Both the position numbers and the translations under genes were made by a program. The notes below the pieces were generated by a model, which ran no database searches, was not told the DNA's origin, and was given only the letters and a program-made list of their open reading frames with translations. A stretch of 64,000 nt of DNA from a virus: positions 17,265 through 81,264 of IMG/VR virus record IMGVR_UViG_3300032240_001333; one strand, written 5' to 3'. Below are positions 1-9,377 of this stretch, one piece after another. Position 1 is the stretch's first letter. The number at the start of each line of letters is the position of its first letter.

Positions 1-2
1 CT

Positions 3-212
3 TTAGATATTAAAGTAAATAATTTAATTAGCGATCATCTATTGTTAAACTCTTCAGATAATGCTAAACTATATAAGTTCCACTGTTATGGTGGAGAAAA
101 TTGGCGGATATTTCATTTTATTGATGTTAAGCATATTTACGGTAGTCAAAAATGGAATGACGGAAATTATATTCAATGGATTGAAGATCCATTAGTTAGG
201 GGTACAAGATAA
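3..212 (+). CDS. 5'-truncated CDS, unknown product
   Basis: Open frame from the window edge to TAA at 210-212, which overlaps the next ATG. Confidence 0.6.
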   Translation, partial: LDIKVNNLISDHLLLNSSDNAKLYKFHCYGGENWRIFHFIDVKHIYGSQKWNDGNYIQWIEDPLVRGTR

Positions 213-535
213 TGCCAAAACCAGTATTTAAAGACAGTAAGCAATTTATATATGATGAATTATATATGCATTCATTATCAGCACCTTCTGGAATTAAAAT
301 ATTAAATGCATGTGTGGATGTGGCTCAAATGCTTATTGAAAAAAATATATCATATGGAGATTCAGCTTTGTCCCCAATTAGATTATTTTCAACAGCGGAT
401 AATATAGAACAATTAAAAGTAAGAATAGATGATAAATTAAATAGGGTTAAAAATGCCCAAGGATTCCCAGGAGATAATGATATAGATGACCTAATTGGTT
501 ATTTAATATTGTATAAAATAGCCAAATCTAATTGA
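212..535 (+). CDS. DUF1599 / nucleotide-modification-associated domain protein
   Basis: KNxxYGDS...RIDDKLNR...DDLIGY pattern. Confidence 0.7.
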   Translation: MPKPVFKDSKQFIYDELYMHSLSAPSGIKILNACVDVAQMLIEKNISYGDSALSPIRLFSTADNIEQLKVRIDDKLNRVKNAQGFPGDNDIDDLIGYLILYKIAKSN

Positions 536-560
536 CATTTTAGTCAACTAGAATTATAAT
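532..560 (+). promoter_or_regulatory. Consensus sigma70/SigA promoter, near-leaderless, palindrome in the spacer
   Basis: TTGACA(532-537)-17 bp-TATAAT(555-560); ATG at 569. Confidence 0.8.
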
Positions 561-568
561 TCATATAT

Positions 569-1111
569 ATGGAAATTGAATTATCTGATCATTTTGATCG
601 TATGAATAAAGTTGTTGCCGAACTTTTAAAAGGCAATAATCCGACCCAGATTGCCTCTCTAACGGGCTTTAAACGATCTGACGTAGTAGAACTTATAGAT
701 GAGTGGAAAGCGGTCGTATACAACGATACAAGTTCTAAAGAACGGGCTAAAGAGGCTATTTCAGGAGCAGATCAACATTACTCAATGCTAATTAAAGAAG
801 CATGGAAAACTGTAGAAGATGCTGATCAAGCAGGTCAATTAAATGTTAAAGCTAATGCTCTTAAATTAATTTCAGATATTGAAACAAAAAGAATTACCAT
901 GCTTAAAGAAGTAGGCGTATTAGATAATGCTGAAATTGCAGCACAAATTGCTGAAACTGAACATAAGCAAGATATATTAGTTAAAATATTAAAAGAAGTA
1001 ACTGCTACATGTCCTAAATGTAAAATGGATGTTGCTAAAAGATTATCTCAAATTACGGGTATTGTTGAACCAATTATTATTCAAGAGGAAAAAATAGAAG
1101 ATGTTCAATAA
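569..1111 (+). CDS. HTH protein, probable terminase small subunit
   Basis: N-terminal HTH-like segment, helical body, lies upstream of terminase large subunit. Confidence 0.55.
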   Translation: MEIELSDHFDRMNKVVAELLKGNNPTQIASLTGFKRSDVVELIDEWKAVVYNDTSSKERAKEAISGADQHYSMLIKEAWKTVEDADQAGQLNVKANALKLISDIETKRITMLKEVGVLDNAEIAAQIAETEHKQDILVKILKEVTATCPKCKMDVAKRLSQITGIVEPIIIQEEKIEDVQ

Positions 1112-1739
1112 AAATGGATTTAAAACAATTGGTGATAATATTTATGTATATAATAATTTTGTTACAGAGCAAGAATGCAATCAGATACTTTCTTTAATTA
1201 AAACATTTCAAGAAGATAAATGGATGGGTAGATTTTCTATTGATGGTGAAGGTCATAAGTGGTATGATTTTAGTGTTGATTTATTAGTTCCAATAAAAAA
1301 AAGAATTGAAAATATTCTTGATGATAAAATATATTTAGGTGACAATTTAAGCATAATAAGAATGTTAAAAGGACAGTCTTGGGGACTGCATTCAGATGAT
1401 CATGATTACAAAGAAATAGTAAAAGCTAGTAAAAATTTAAAAGAAGGCGAAGAATTTGAGTTAAGACAAAATATTGTTATGGGTCTTATACTTTATTTTA
1501 ATGAATTTGAGGGTGGAGATCTATACTATCCTATTCAAAATGTAGGCTACCAGCCTAAAAAGGGAGATCTTGTAATCCACGGACCAGATAAAAATTGTCA
1601 ACATAAAGTAAATAAATTAATTAGTGATGTTAGATATTCTCACTCAAATCATCTGTATGAAATTATTAAAGTGCCAAAAGGAACACCTGGAGAACCAGCT
1701 CATTATTTTAATGAAAGTGATATAGATAATGTCATTTGA
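1101..1739 (+). CDS. 2OG-Fe(II) oxygenase (prolyl-4-hydroxylase-like)
   Basis: HSD, LYFNEFEGGDL, distal H, RYS. Confidence 0.85.
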   Translation: MFNKNGFKTIGDNIYVYNNFVTEQECNQILSLIKTFQEDKWMGRFSIDGEGHKWYDFSVDLLVPIKKRIENILDDKIYLGDNLSIIRMLKGQSWGLHSDDHDYKEIVKASKNLKEGEEFELRQNIVMGLILYFNEFEGGDLYYPIQNVGYQPKKGDLVIHGPDKNCQHKVNKLISDVRYSHSNHLYEIIKVPKGTPGEPAHYFNESDIDNVI

Positions 1740-3528
1740 TTTTGCAGATATAATAGATATTTTAGATAATGAAGAATTTGAAGAGCGCCCAGTAGATTTA
1801 AGAACATTCGTTACCAGTCCAGAATATCTTGGGCTACCACCACTTTCAGAGCATCAATATACATTAATTGAAAAATCATCTCAAATTTATAAAGAGTCTA
1901 CTTTAATTAAGTTATTTGGTGAAGACGAAGGCAGACGTATATTTAAACAAACTGCTAATGAAGTTATCGCACAATTAGGTAAAGGTTCTGGAAAAGATTA
2001 TTCATCTACTATTGCTGTAGCATATATTGTATATTTGCTGTTATGTCTTAAGGATCCTGCATTATATTATGGAAAACCACCAGGAGATGCAATTGATATT
2101 TTAAATATTGCTATTAACGCACAGCAGGCAAATAATGTTTTTTTTAAAGGGTTTAAAACACGCATTGAAAAGTCACCATGGTTTGTTGGAAAATATACAG
2201 ATAAAGCTTCCGAAATGAAGTTTGATAAATCTATTACAGTTCATTCTGGTCACTCTGAACGTGAAGCATGGGAAGGCTATAACGTTATTATTGTTATTCT
2301 TGACGAAATATCTGGTTTCGCTACAGAAAATACAACTGGTCATGATCAAGCAAAAACTGCTGACGCTATATATGATATGTATCGTGCATCGGTAGATTCT
2401 CGTTTCCCAGATTTTGGTAAAGTTATTTTGCTTTCATTTCCTCGTTTTAAAAATGATCCAATTCAAAAGTTTTATGATTCAGTAATTGCAGAAAAAGAAA
2501 CAATTACTAGAAGCCATAGATTTAAAATGGATTTAGATTTACCTGATGGAACGGAAGGTAATGAGTTTGATATTGAATGGGAAGAAGATCATATAATATC
2601 TTATTCTATTCCTAAAGTATATGCATTAAGAAGGCCAACATGGGAGATCAATCCCACAAGAAGCATTGAAGATTTTAAAGTAGCTTTTTATAAAAACTCT
2701 ATGGATGCTTTAGGTAGATTTGCTTGCATGCCACCAGAAGCCATAGATGCATTTTTTAAATCAAGAGAAAAAATTGAAATAGCTTTTAATAATACAGCAT
2801 TAGCAATTGATCAATTTGGAAGATTTGAAAACTGGTTTGCCCCAGACCCAGATAAAGATTATTTTATACATGTAGACTTAGCACAAAAACATGACCATTG
2901 TGCAGTATCTTTAGCACATGTACAAAAATGGGTTAATGTGAAGTTAACGGATACATACTCACAACCAGCACCAATTGTAGAAGTTGATGCAGTAAGATAT
3001 TGGACACCAACAGCAGATAAATCTGTAGATTTTACTGAGGTTAAAGATTATATATTATCTTTAAGAACAAAAGGATTTAAAATAAAAGTTTGTACATTTG
3101 ACCGATGGAACTCTCATGACATGATGCAACAACTAAAACAATATGGCATCAATACAGAGATTCTGTCGGTCGCTAAAAAACATTATGATGATATGGCAAT
3201 GGTCGTTTTAGAAGAAAGATTAAAAGGTCCACATATTCCATTATTAATAGATGAACTTTTACAATTAAAAATTATGAGAGATAGGGTTGACCACCCAAGA
3301 AAAGGTTCTAAAGACTTAGCAGATGCTGTTTGTGGATCAATATATAATGCTATTAGTAAAACAAGATTTGAGTCAAATAATGAAATTAAAATTCATACAT
3401 ACGAATCTATGAGTTTTGATAATGACTTTAACCCAACACAAGAAGAAGAGTTTGTACAAAATATGATCAGGGCACCAAGGATGCCAGATCATTTAGCAGA
3501 ATCCTTAGAAAGAATGACAACGTTATGA
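1729..3528 (+). CDS. terL: Terminase large subunit
   Basis: Walker A GKGSGKD, Walker B VILDE, nuclease HVDLA...DHP...KDLADA. Confidence 0.93.
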   Translation: MSFDFADIIDILDNEEFEERPVDLRTFVTSPEYLGLPPLSEHQYTLIEKSSQIYKESTLIKLFGEDEGRRIFKQTANEVIAQLGKGSGKDYSSTIAVAYIVYLLLCLKDPALYYGKPPGDAIDILNIAINAQQANNVFFKGFKTRIEKSPWFVGKYTDKASEMKFDKSITVHSGHSEREAWEGYNVIIVILDEISGFATENTTGHDQAKTADAIYDMYRASVDSRFPDFGKVILLSFPRFKNDPIQKFYDSVIAEKETITRSHRFKMDLDLPDGTEGNEFDIEWEEDHIISYSIPKVYALRRPTWEINPTRSIEDFKVAFYKNSMDALGRFACMPPEAIDAFFKSREKIEIAFNNTALAIDQFGRFENWFAPDPDKDYFIHVDLAQKHDHCAVSLAHVQKWVNVKLTDTYSQPAPIVEVDAVRYWTPTADKSVDFTEVKDYILSLRTKGFKIKVCTFDRWNSHDMMQQLKQYGINTEILSVAKKHYDDMAMVVLEERLKGPHIPLLIDELLQLKIMRDRVDHPRKGSKDLADAVCGSIYNAISKTRFESNNEIKIHTYESMSFDNDFNPTQEEEFVQNMIRAPRMPDHLAESLERMTTL

Positions 3529-3770
3529 GTGAATATCAAGAAAAAGCAAAAGAATGTAAATGTTGTGGAAAACATGTACCACTTCCAACTGTATTAAAAG
3601 AGTATAATGGAATTATGGTATGCCCAACTACATTTTCAAACATTACAGAATATACTAGAATATGGAATAGTTTAGGACATAGACCAGCTGGAAATATTAG
3701 AAAACATTTTTCAGAGTATGTTCAGCAAATAGTTGAAAGATCAATGACGGAGGCAAAAAATGATATCTAG
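3525..3770 (+). CDS. Hypothetical protein with Cys motif
   Basis: ORF overlapping neighbours at both ends. Confidence 0.65.
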   Translation: MSEYQEKAKECKCCGKHVPLPTVLKEYNGIMVCPTTFSNITEYTRIWNSLGHRPAGNIRKHFSEYVQQIVERSMTEAKNDI

Positions 3771-4404
3771 TTTTATTGAAAATAATTATCAAGTTAAAGA
3801 ATTTATGGATCAGGTATTTATTGTAGAGAACTTTATAACTGAAGAAGAGCAAAATTTTTTAATGAATTTAGCCGAAACAAGCACTCAAAAAGATTGGGAA
3901 AAAGAATATACTAAAAATTTAAAAAATTTTTGTATGGAAAAGTTTGGCAGAGATGATGTCGATAATTTAGTTAAAGAAGGTAAATTTGAAATAACTGAAA
4001 ATTGGTCCGATAAAATTATTGCAATACATCAAACTACTGCATCTAAAAATATTACATCTAGATTAAAAGATGTTTTAAAAACATATGAACATTTAGATAT
4101 AAGGGGTTTTGGAAGCGTACAAAGACAAACAGAAGGTATTCCTTTAAAAGCACATACTGACATACATACAGATCCATCCATTCAATATGCATCAATTATT
4201 TATTTAAATGATGACTATAATGGTGGAGAATTTTATTTTGTAAATAAAGATTTTGAAATAAAACCACCAGCTAGATCTTTATTAATTTTTCCAGGAACTG
4301 ATGAATTTGAACATGGAGTAAATTCACCACAAGCTGGACCAATTAGGTATGTATTGCCTGGATTTATTCATACAAAAGGTTTCTACGAAAATAATAAATT
4401 TTAA
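3760..4404 (+). CDS. 2OG-Fe(II) oxygenase
   Basis: HTD, YLNDDYNGGE, EHGV, RY. Confidence 0.88.
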   Translation: MISSFIENNYQVKEFMDQVFIVENFITEEEQNFLMNLAETSTQKDWEKEYTKNLKNFCMEKFGRDDVDNLVKEGKFEITENWSDKIIAIHQTTASKNITSRLKDVLKTYEHLDIRGFGSVQRQTEGIPLKAHTDIHTDPSIQYASIIYLNDDYNGGEFYFVNKDFEIKPPARSLLIFPGTDEFEHGVNSPQAGPIRYVLPGFIHTKGFYENNKF

Positions 4405-4451
4405 TATTATTGACTGTTGTATATTTAATATATATAATGATATTATTATGA

Positions 4452-4525
4452 GCAACAGTAGCTTAGTTGGTTAAAGCCCCGAACTCATAATTCGGTAATC
4501 GTAGGTTCAAGTCCTACCTGTTGCA
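4452..4525 (+). tRNA. tRNA-CAT (elongator Met or Ile2)
   Basis: Acceptor GCAACAG/CTGTTGC, anticodon arm CCGAA-CTCATAA-TTCGG, T arm GTAGG-TTCAAGT-CCTAC; paired 1:72 so not an initiator. Confidence 0.92.
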
Positions 4526-4537
4526 CAAGGAGATATT

Positions 4538-4828
4538 ATGGATAGTTATGATGAAAGATTAGCATACTATATTGAAATAGGTGCAATAGATCCTGTAGGA
4601 TTAGACAAAGACGGAGAAGTAATATTTCAAGTTACAGAAAAGGCAAAAGATTTAATACCAGAAATATGGGAAGCCCATACTCAATATGTTGATGAAATTT
4701 TAATTGATTTATTTGAAAAAGACCTTATATCTGTAGAGTACAATGAAAATTTAGAGGCAAATATTAGTTTAACAGATGAAGCAAGAAAAATAATACAAGA
4801 AAAAGGAATTATTGACCTAGAAGAATAG
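4538..4828 (+). CDS. Acidic hypothetical protein
   Basis: AGGAG RBS, 96-aa ORF. Confidence 0.7.
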   Translation: MDSYDERLAYYIEIGAIDPVGLDKDGEVIFQVTEKAKDLIPEIWEAHTQYVDEILIDLFEKDLISVEYNENLEANISLTDEARKIIQEKGIIDLEE

Positions 4829-4863
4829 GTCTTTTAGGCAACTGGGGATGGTATACTAAGATC

Positions 4864-5313
4864 ATGGAAGAATTAATTTACAGACTAAGACAATGGCAGG
4901 CAAATTCTCTTGTCCTGTATTCAACTGCACATGGATTCCACTGGAATGTTGAAGGTGCATTATTTACACAGTATCATGAATTTTTTGAAAAAATTTATAC
5001 CGATGTTTTTGAATCAATTGATACAATTGCTGAATGGCAACGTAAGTTTCAAAGTCCAGCTCCATTCACATTACAACAATTTACATCTTTAAATACATAT
5101 GGAGATATTCCAACAGGTTATACATCTCCACTTGTAATGTCAGAAGCATTATTACTTATGATTGAAAAAATGATTGAAGATGTAAAATCTTTATTTGATA
5201 TTGCCACCGCCAATAGAGAACAGGGGTTAGCAAATTTTGCTGCTGATCGTCAAGATAAACTAGAGTTTTGGGCATGGTGGTTACGCTCAAGTATTAAATC
5301 AACAATTAACTAG
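4864..5313 (+). CDS. dps: Dps family ferritin-like protein
   Basis: HGFHWNVEG...HEFFE...DTIAE ferroxidase signature. Confidence 0.92.
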   Translation: MEELIYRLRQWQANSLVLYSTAHGFHWNVEGALFTQYHEFFEKIYTDVFESIDTIAEWQRKFQSPAPFTLQQFTSLNTYGDIPTGYTSPLVMSEALLLMIEKMIEDVKSLFDIATANREQGLANFAADRQDKLEFWAWWLRSSIKSTIN

Positions 5314-5321
5314 GAGTTAAT

Positions 5322-5504
5322 ATGCCATACAATATCAAGCAAGGCGCAGCAGGATGTAAAGGCTGGGCAGTAGTAAATGATAAAGGTGAACTAAAAGGTT
5401 GCCATCCAAGTAAATCAAGAGCATTAGCACATCAAAGAGCCTTATACGCAGCAACTGCAAATGAACAAAAAATGGCTGAACAAAAAAAGAAACGTATATT
5501 GTAA
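5322..5504 (+). CDS. Small basic phage protein
   Basis: MPY...GCHPSK...ALAHQRALYA, AGGAG RBS. Confidence 0.7.
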   Translation: MPYNIKQGAAGCKGWAVVNDKGELKGCHPSKSRALAHQRALYAATANEQKMAEQKKKRIL

Positions 5505-5589
5505 AAAAATAAAGTATTTGATATACTTATATACGGACCGCTCAAATGAGGGTCCGTATATTAATTTATTCGCTTGAAGGAGGAATAAA

Positions 5590-5997
5590 ATGGTAACAAA
5601 ACTTGCTATGGATCTTTTTAATGATCCATTTTTTATTGGGTGGGATACAAATTTTGCAAAAATGCAATCTTCAAATTCTAACTATCCAATTTATGATTTA
5701 GTTAAATTCGATAACGGTTCCTACGGAATTAGTCTGGCAGTTGCTGGATTTGAACGTAGTGATATTAAAGTATATGTTGAAAATAATACTTTAGTTATTG
5801 AAGGTGAACTTCATGGAGAACACTGGGATGGTGAATATATTCATGAGGGCATTGCTAAAAGAAACTTTCAAAGATCATTCTCATTAGGAGAATATATGGA
5901 AGTTACTGAAGCTGAAATGAAAGATGGAATGCTCTATATATCAATTGATAAGAATGTTCCAGAAGCAAAAAAGCCAAAGACTATTAAAATAAAATAA
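5590..5997 (+). CDS. Hsp20 small heat-shock protein
   Basis: NYPIYDL, LAVAGF, GIAKRNFQRSF, DGMLYI alpha-crystallin motifs. Confidence 0.93.
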   Translation: MVTKLAMDLFNDPFFIGWDTNFAKMQSSNSNYPIYDLVKFDNGSYGISLAVAGFERSDIKVYVENNTLVIEGELHGEHWDGEYIHEGIAKRNFQRSFSLGEYMEVTEAEMKDGMLYISIDKNVPEAKKPKTIKIK

Positions 5998-6013
5998 ACA
6001 ATAGTATAATATA

Positions 6014-6096
6014 AGTCTGCATCCCGTCACTGGGAAGTCGCAGGCTATTCGGGTCGCTACCCGAAGGATACACCTGAGCATGTGTATAAACTGCTC
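6014..6096 (+). ncRNA. Candidate structured RNA (two hairpins plus H-type pseudoknot)
   Basis: GTCTGC/GCAGGC, TTCGGGT/ACCCGAA, TACAC/GTGTA with GAGCA/TGCTC; TATAAT at 6005-6010. Confidence 0.5.
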
Positions 6097-6115
6097 CTTA
6101 ACATTAAGGATTATT

Positions 6116-6301
6116 ATGCCAACGTATGAGTATAAATGCATGAATAATAAAACTCACACCATTGAAGAACAAAGATCAATAGATGACAGAGATTTACCAA
6201 CCACATGTTCATGTGGATCTGATATGTCAAGAGTTTTAGTTGGTAGCGTAGGTATTCAGTTTAAAGGAACTGGTTTTTACAAAACAGATAATCCTAAGTA
6301 A
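6116..6301 (+). CDS. FmdB-family zinc-ribbon protein
   Basis: MPTYEYKC...CSCG..MSRV...FKGTGFYKTD. Confidence 0.88.
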   Translation: MPTYEYKCMNNKTHTIEEQRSIDDRDLPTTCSCGSDMSRVLVGSVGIQFKGTGFYKTDNPK

Positions 6302-6361
6302 CTAAGATTATTTAAATAAAGATACATGATATAATTTCAATGTAACAAAAAGTTTGTTGCA

Positions 6362-7924
6362 TTGGAGACCCAATTGAGTAGAAAGTTAAAACTATTACTA
6401 GTCAGCCTATTATCATTTGGCTGGCTTTTTGCAATTAATACTGAATCATCAAATTCTGTTTGTATTAATACTTCACAGGCTGCAACGATTGCAGCTGCTG
6501 CTACACCTACTGCTCCTGGAGATACTCCAACTGTTACCGTATTAGAAACTTGTGGCGGAGACGACATTTCCTATTCAGTACCAATTACTGCAACGGTAAC
6601 ATTTGATGGTCGTCAATATGATTCTGTATATGCAACGACCAACTCAGTAATTACTTTTGGTGCCCCAGACGGCACCTACTGGCAATATCCTCAGACACCA
6701 TCTATTTCTTTATATAGTATGGACTGGGTTGCTTATCCACGAACTTGTATTGCTCCATGTGTTAGACCATGGGAACATGATGATGAGCATTTTATTATTA
6801 GTTCTAGTGATGGTGGCTTTCAAGTAGATTTATCAGCAAGACCATATTGGATGCAAAATGCTGCTGAAGCAACTAACATTGTTATTACTGCTGCAATAAA
6901 TGCAAATGGAACTGTTGCAATATCTTATGCTGTAAATGGACCTACTTATACAGGTCAAACAAGAACTGGTGTTACATTAAATAATGGAAATGTAGTTACT
7001 CTTGAAGAATATGGTGTTGTACGTGTAGAAACACCTGTTGTTCTTACACCAACAGTGGTTGAAACACCTACAGTAGTTATTGAAACACCAACTGTTATTG
7101 TTGATACTTCGACTTCAACTGTTGATAGTGGTTCTGTAACTGTGGATACTCAAACTTCCCAAACTGATACGTCAACGGCTCCAACAACTCAACCTGTTTC
7201 TCCAACTCCACCAGCGCCAGTTGAACCCGCTCCTGCAATTGAGCCACTTCCTCCTGTAGTGGAACCTGCTCCAGAACCTGCTCCAGTTGTTGAACCTGCG
7301 CCGCAACCAGACCCAGAACCTGCGCCTGCTCCTGCGCCAGAAGAAGCACCCGCTCCTGAGCCTGCTCCAGAGCCTGAACCAATTCCTGAAGTTGCACCTG
7401 AACCTCCTTCTGTTGAAAGTGTAGTAAGTGATGCTATGGCAGATGGAAAATTAACGGATGCTGAAAAAGAAATAATTGCTGATGCGCTTATTGCTGATGC
7501 TCTTGTTAATGGAACAGCCGTTACTGCAGAAGATATAAAAAATGCAGGTCTTACATATGCTGATTTACCACCAGAAACTCCAGTTGAAGTTAGAACTGAT
7601 GCTCATGGAAATGAAGTTATTATTACTGCAGAAGTTGCTGCAAATTTAGAATTAGTACAAGATCCTGGAGCATTATTAAATGCAGTATTTACAAATCCAG
7701 CAGAAGCATTAGCAGCATTAGGTAGTTTGGGTGCAGATATGAGCCCACAAGAAAGAGCAAAAGCAGAAGATATGGTTGTAGCAACAGTAGTTGCAACAGG
7801 AGCAGCAATAAATGCAGTAACAGTAGCTTCAGGACCAAGTACTCCATCAAATAATAGATCATCTAACGGATCATCTGGTGGTACTAATTCTGGAGGTTCA
7901 AGAAGGAGGAACGAAAGATGGTAA
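6362..7924 (+). CDS. Secreted/surface protein with Pro-Glu-Ala-rich linker
   Basis: Signal-peptide-like N-terminus, beta-rich domain, (PEPAP)n tract. Confidence 0.75.
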   Translation: METQLSRKLKLLLVSLLSFGWLFAINTESSNSVCINTSQAATIAAAATPTAPGDTPTVTVLETCGGDDISYSVPITATVTFDGRQYDSVYATTNSVITFGAPDGTYWQYPQTPSISLYSMDWVAYPRTCIAPCVRPWEHDDEHFIISSSDGGFQVDLSARPYWMQNAAEATNIVITAAINANGTVAISYAVNGPTYTGQTRTGVTLNNGNVVTLEEYGVVRVETPVVLTPTVVETPTVVIETPTVIVDTSTSTVDSGSVTVDTQTSQTDTSTAPTTQPVSPTPPAPVEPAPAIEPLPPVVEPAPEPAPVVEPAPQPDPEPAPAPAPEEAPAPEPAPEPEPIPEVAPEPPSVESVVSDAMADGKLTDAEKEIIADALIADALVNGTAVTAEDIKNAGLTYADLPPETPVEVRTDAHGNEVIITAEVAANLELVQDPGALLNAVFTNPAEALAALGSLGADMSPQERAKAEDMVVATVVATGAAINAVTVASGPSTPSNNRSSNGSSGGTNSGGSRRRNERW

Positions 7925-8088
7925 ATTTCATTAAAGATATGCTAGATCAAGCATGGACTCTATTAGGTATGTTTGTAGCTTGGCTAGTATTAGAAGGAAG
8001 CGCTAAAACCGTTACTGGGTATGCAATTATTCTAACTAGCTTTATTTGGGCTCTTACATACCCTTTACGCACAAAAGACGAAAATTAG
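7918..8088 (+). CDS. Small two-TM membrane protein (not in ORF track)
   Basis: MVNFIKDMLDQAWTLLGMFVAWLVLEGSAKTVTGYAIILTSFIWALTYPLRTKDEN. Confidence 0.7.
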   Translation: MVNFIKDMLDQAWTLLGMFVAWLVLEGSAKTVTGYAIILTSFIWALTYPLRTKDEN

Positions 8089-8101
8089 GTATAATGGGTA
8101 T

Positions 8102-8323
8102 ATGAAAAAAATTACCCGTATTGCCCTATCTGGCATATTAATGCTATCATTAACCTCATGCGGATATGATGGTGGATATCGTTATTCATGTCAAGATCCA
8201 GCAAATTGGGGAAAAGCAGAGTGCAACCCTCCAATTTGTGAACCTTCTGGAATATGTTCAAAAGATCTAGTAGGTAAAGCAACATGGGACGAATATCAGA
8301 AAACAAAGGTAAATAATGGCTAG
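8102..8323 (+). CDS. Cys-rich lipoprotein
   Basis: Lipobox LTSC plus four more Cys. Confidence 0.75.
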   Translation: MKKITRIALSGILMLSLTSCGYDGGYRYSCQDPANWGKAECNPPICEPSGICSKDLVGKATWDEYQKTKVNNG

Positions 8324-8729
8324 ACGTGAAAGATTAACACCAGCAGAATTAGATGCTAGATTAAAATTTATTTTAGGTATTACATTGGGAACAATTTTAT
8401 TATGTACAGCATTAGGAATTCTTTACGGCCTTTTGTTTGTTACTCAACCAGTAGGTGCACAATCAGAAAATGATAAAATGTTTTTTAATGTGTTAGGATC
8501 AGTAGCAACATTTATTACAGGAACATTGGCGGGTCTATTAATTGGACAATCAGGTGCTAAAGATATTATGAAGGCACAACTTGATAATAAAGAAATGGAT
8601 TCTAAAAATACTTTAGCAGATAAAAAATTAGAAGCAGAAATTGATGAAGCAGCAGCTCGTAGAGCAGCAAAAGATCCTTCACAAGTTCCACCAGAGCACC
8701 CAATTGATGATGATTGGAATAAAAAATAA
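8316..8729 (+). CDS. Two-TM membrane protein, possible holin
   Basis: Two hydrophobic helices, directly upstream of endolysin. Confidence 0.55.
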   Translation: MARRERLTPAELDARLKFILGITLGTILLCTALGILYGLLFVTQPVGAQSENDKMFFNVLGSVATFITGTLAGLLIGQSGAKDIMKAQLDNKEMDSKNTLADKKLEAEIDEAAARRAAKDPSQVPPEHPIDDDWNKK

Positions 8730-8731
8730 TC

Positions 8732-9235
8732 ATGGCTTCATTAGGTACAGCAGCAAAATTAATTGAAGTTGCAGAACAAGAAGTAGGAACAGTTGAAGGT
8801 CCTAAAGATAATGAAACTAAGTATGGTAAATTTACTAAAGTAGATTTTGCTCCATGGTGTGGTTCATTTGTTATGTGGTGTGCCAATCAAGCAGGAGTTA
8901 AAGTTCCAAATACTGTTCATACTCCAACAGGTGCAGCAGCATTTAAAAAAGCTAATGCGTGGATTGATGGAGATCTAGCAGATCCAGAGCCAGGAGATAT
9001 TGCATATTTTGATTTTCCAGCAGATGGTGTAGATCGTATTAGTCACGTTGGAATTGTTGTTAAAGACAATGAAGACGGAACAGTTTGGTGTATTGAAGGA
9101 AATACTTCTGGTAACCCTAAAGGCAGCCAAAGAAATGGTGGAGAAGTAGCCAAAAAACTTCGTGCATTTAGAAAAAATAAAAAAGGTGTACAAATTTCAA
9201 TAGTTGGATTTGGAAGACCTGTCTTTAAAAAATAA
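8732..9235 (+). CDS. CHAP-domain endolysin/amidase
   Basis: PWCGSFV, PGDIAYF, SHVGIV, IEGNT. Confidence 0.92.
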   Translation: MASLGTAAKLIEVAEQEVGTVEGPKDNETKYGKFTKVDFAPWCGSFVMWCANQAGVKVPNTVHTPTGAAAFKKANAWIDGDLADPEPGDIAYFDFPADGVDRISHVGIVVKDNEDGTVWCIEGNTSGNPKGSQRNGGEVAKKLRAFRKNKKGVQISIVGFGRPVFKK

Positions 9236-9377
9236 TGAATGTTTATAAAGTAAAATTAGAAGTAGAGGTAGAAGTAGAAGCCTTTGATGAAAATGATGCT
9301 TTAGATTATTCAAATGATATATTTGGCATAGATGATGAAATAACAAACGTTAAAGTAATTAATATTAAGGAGAAATA

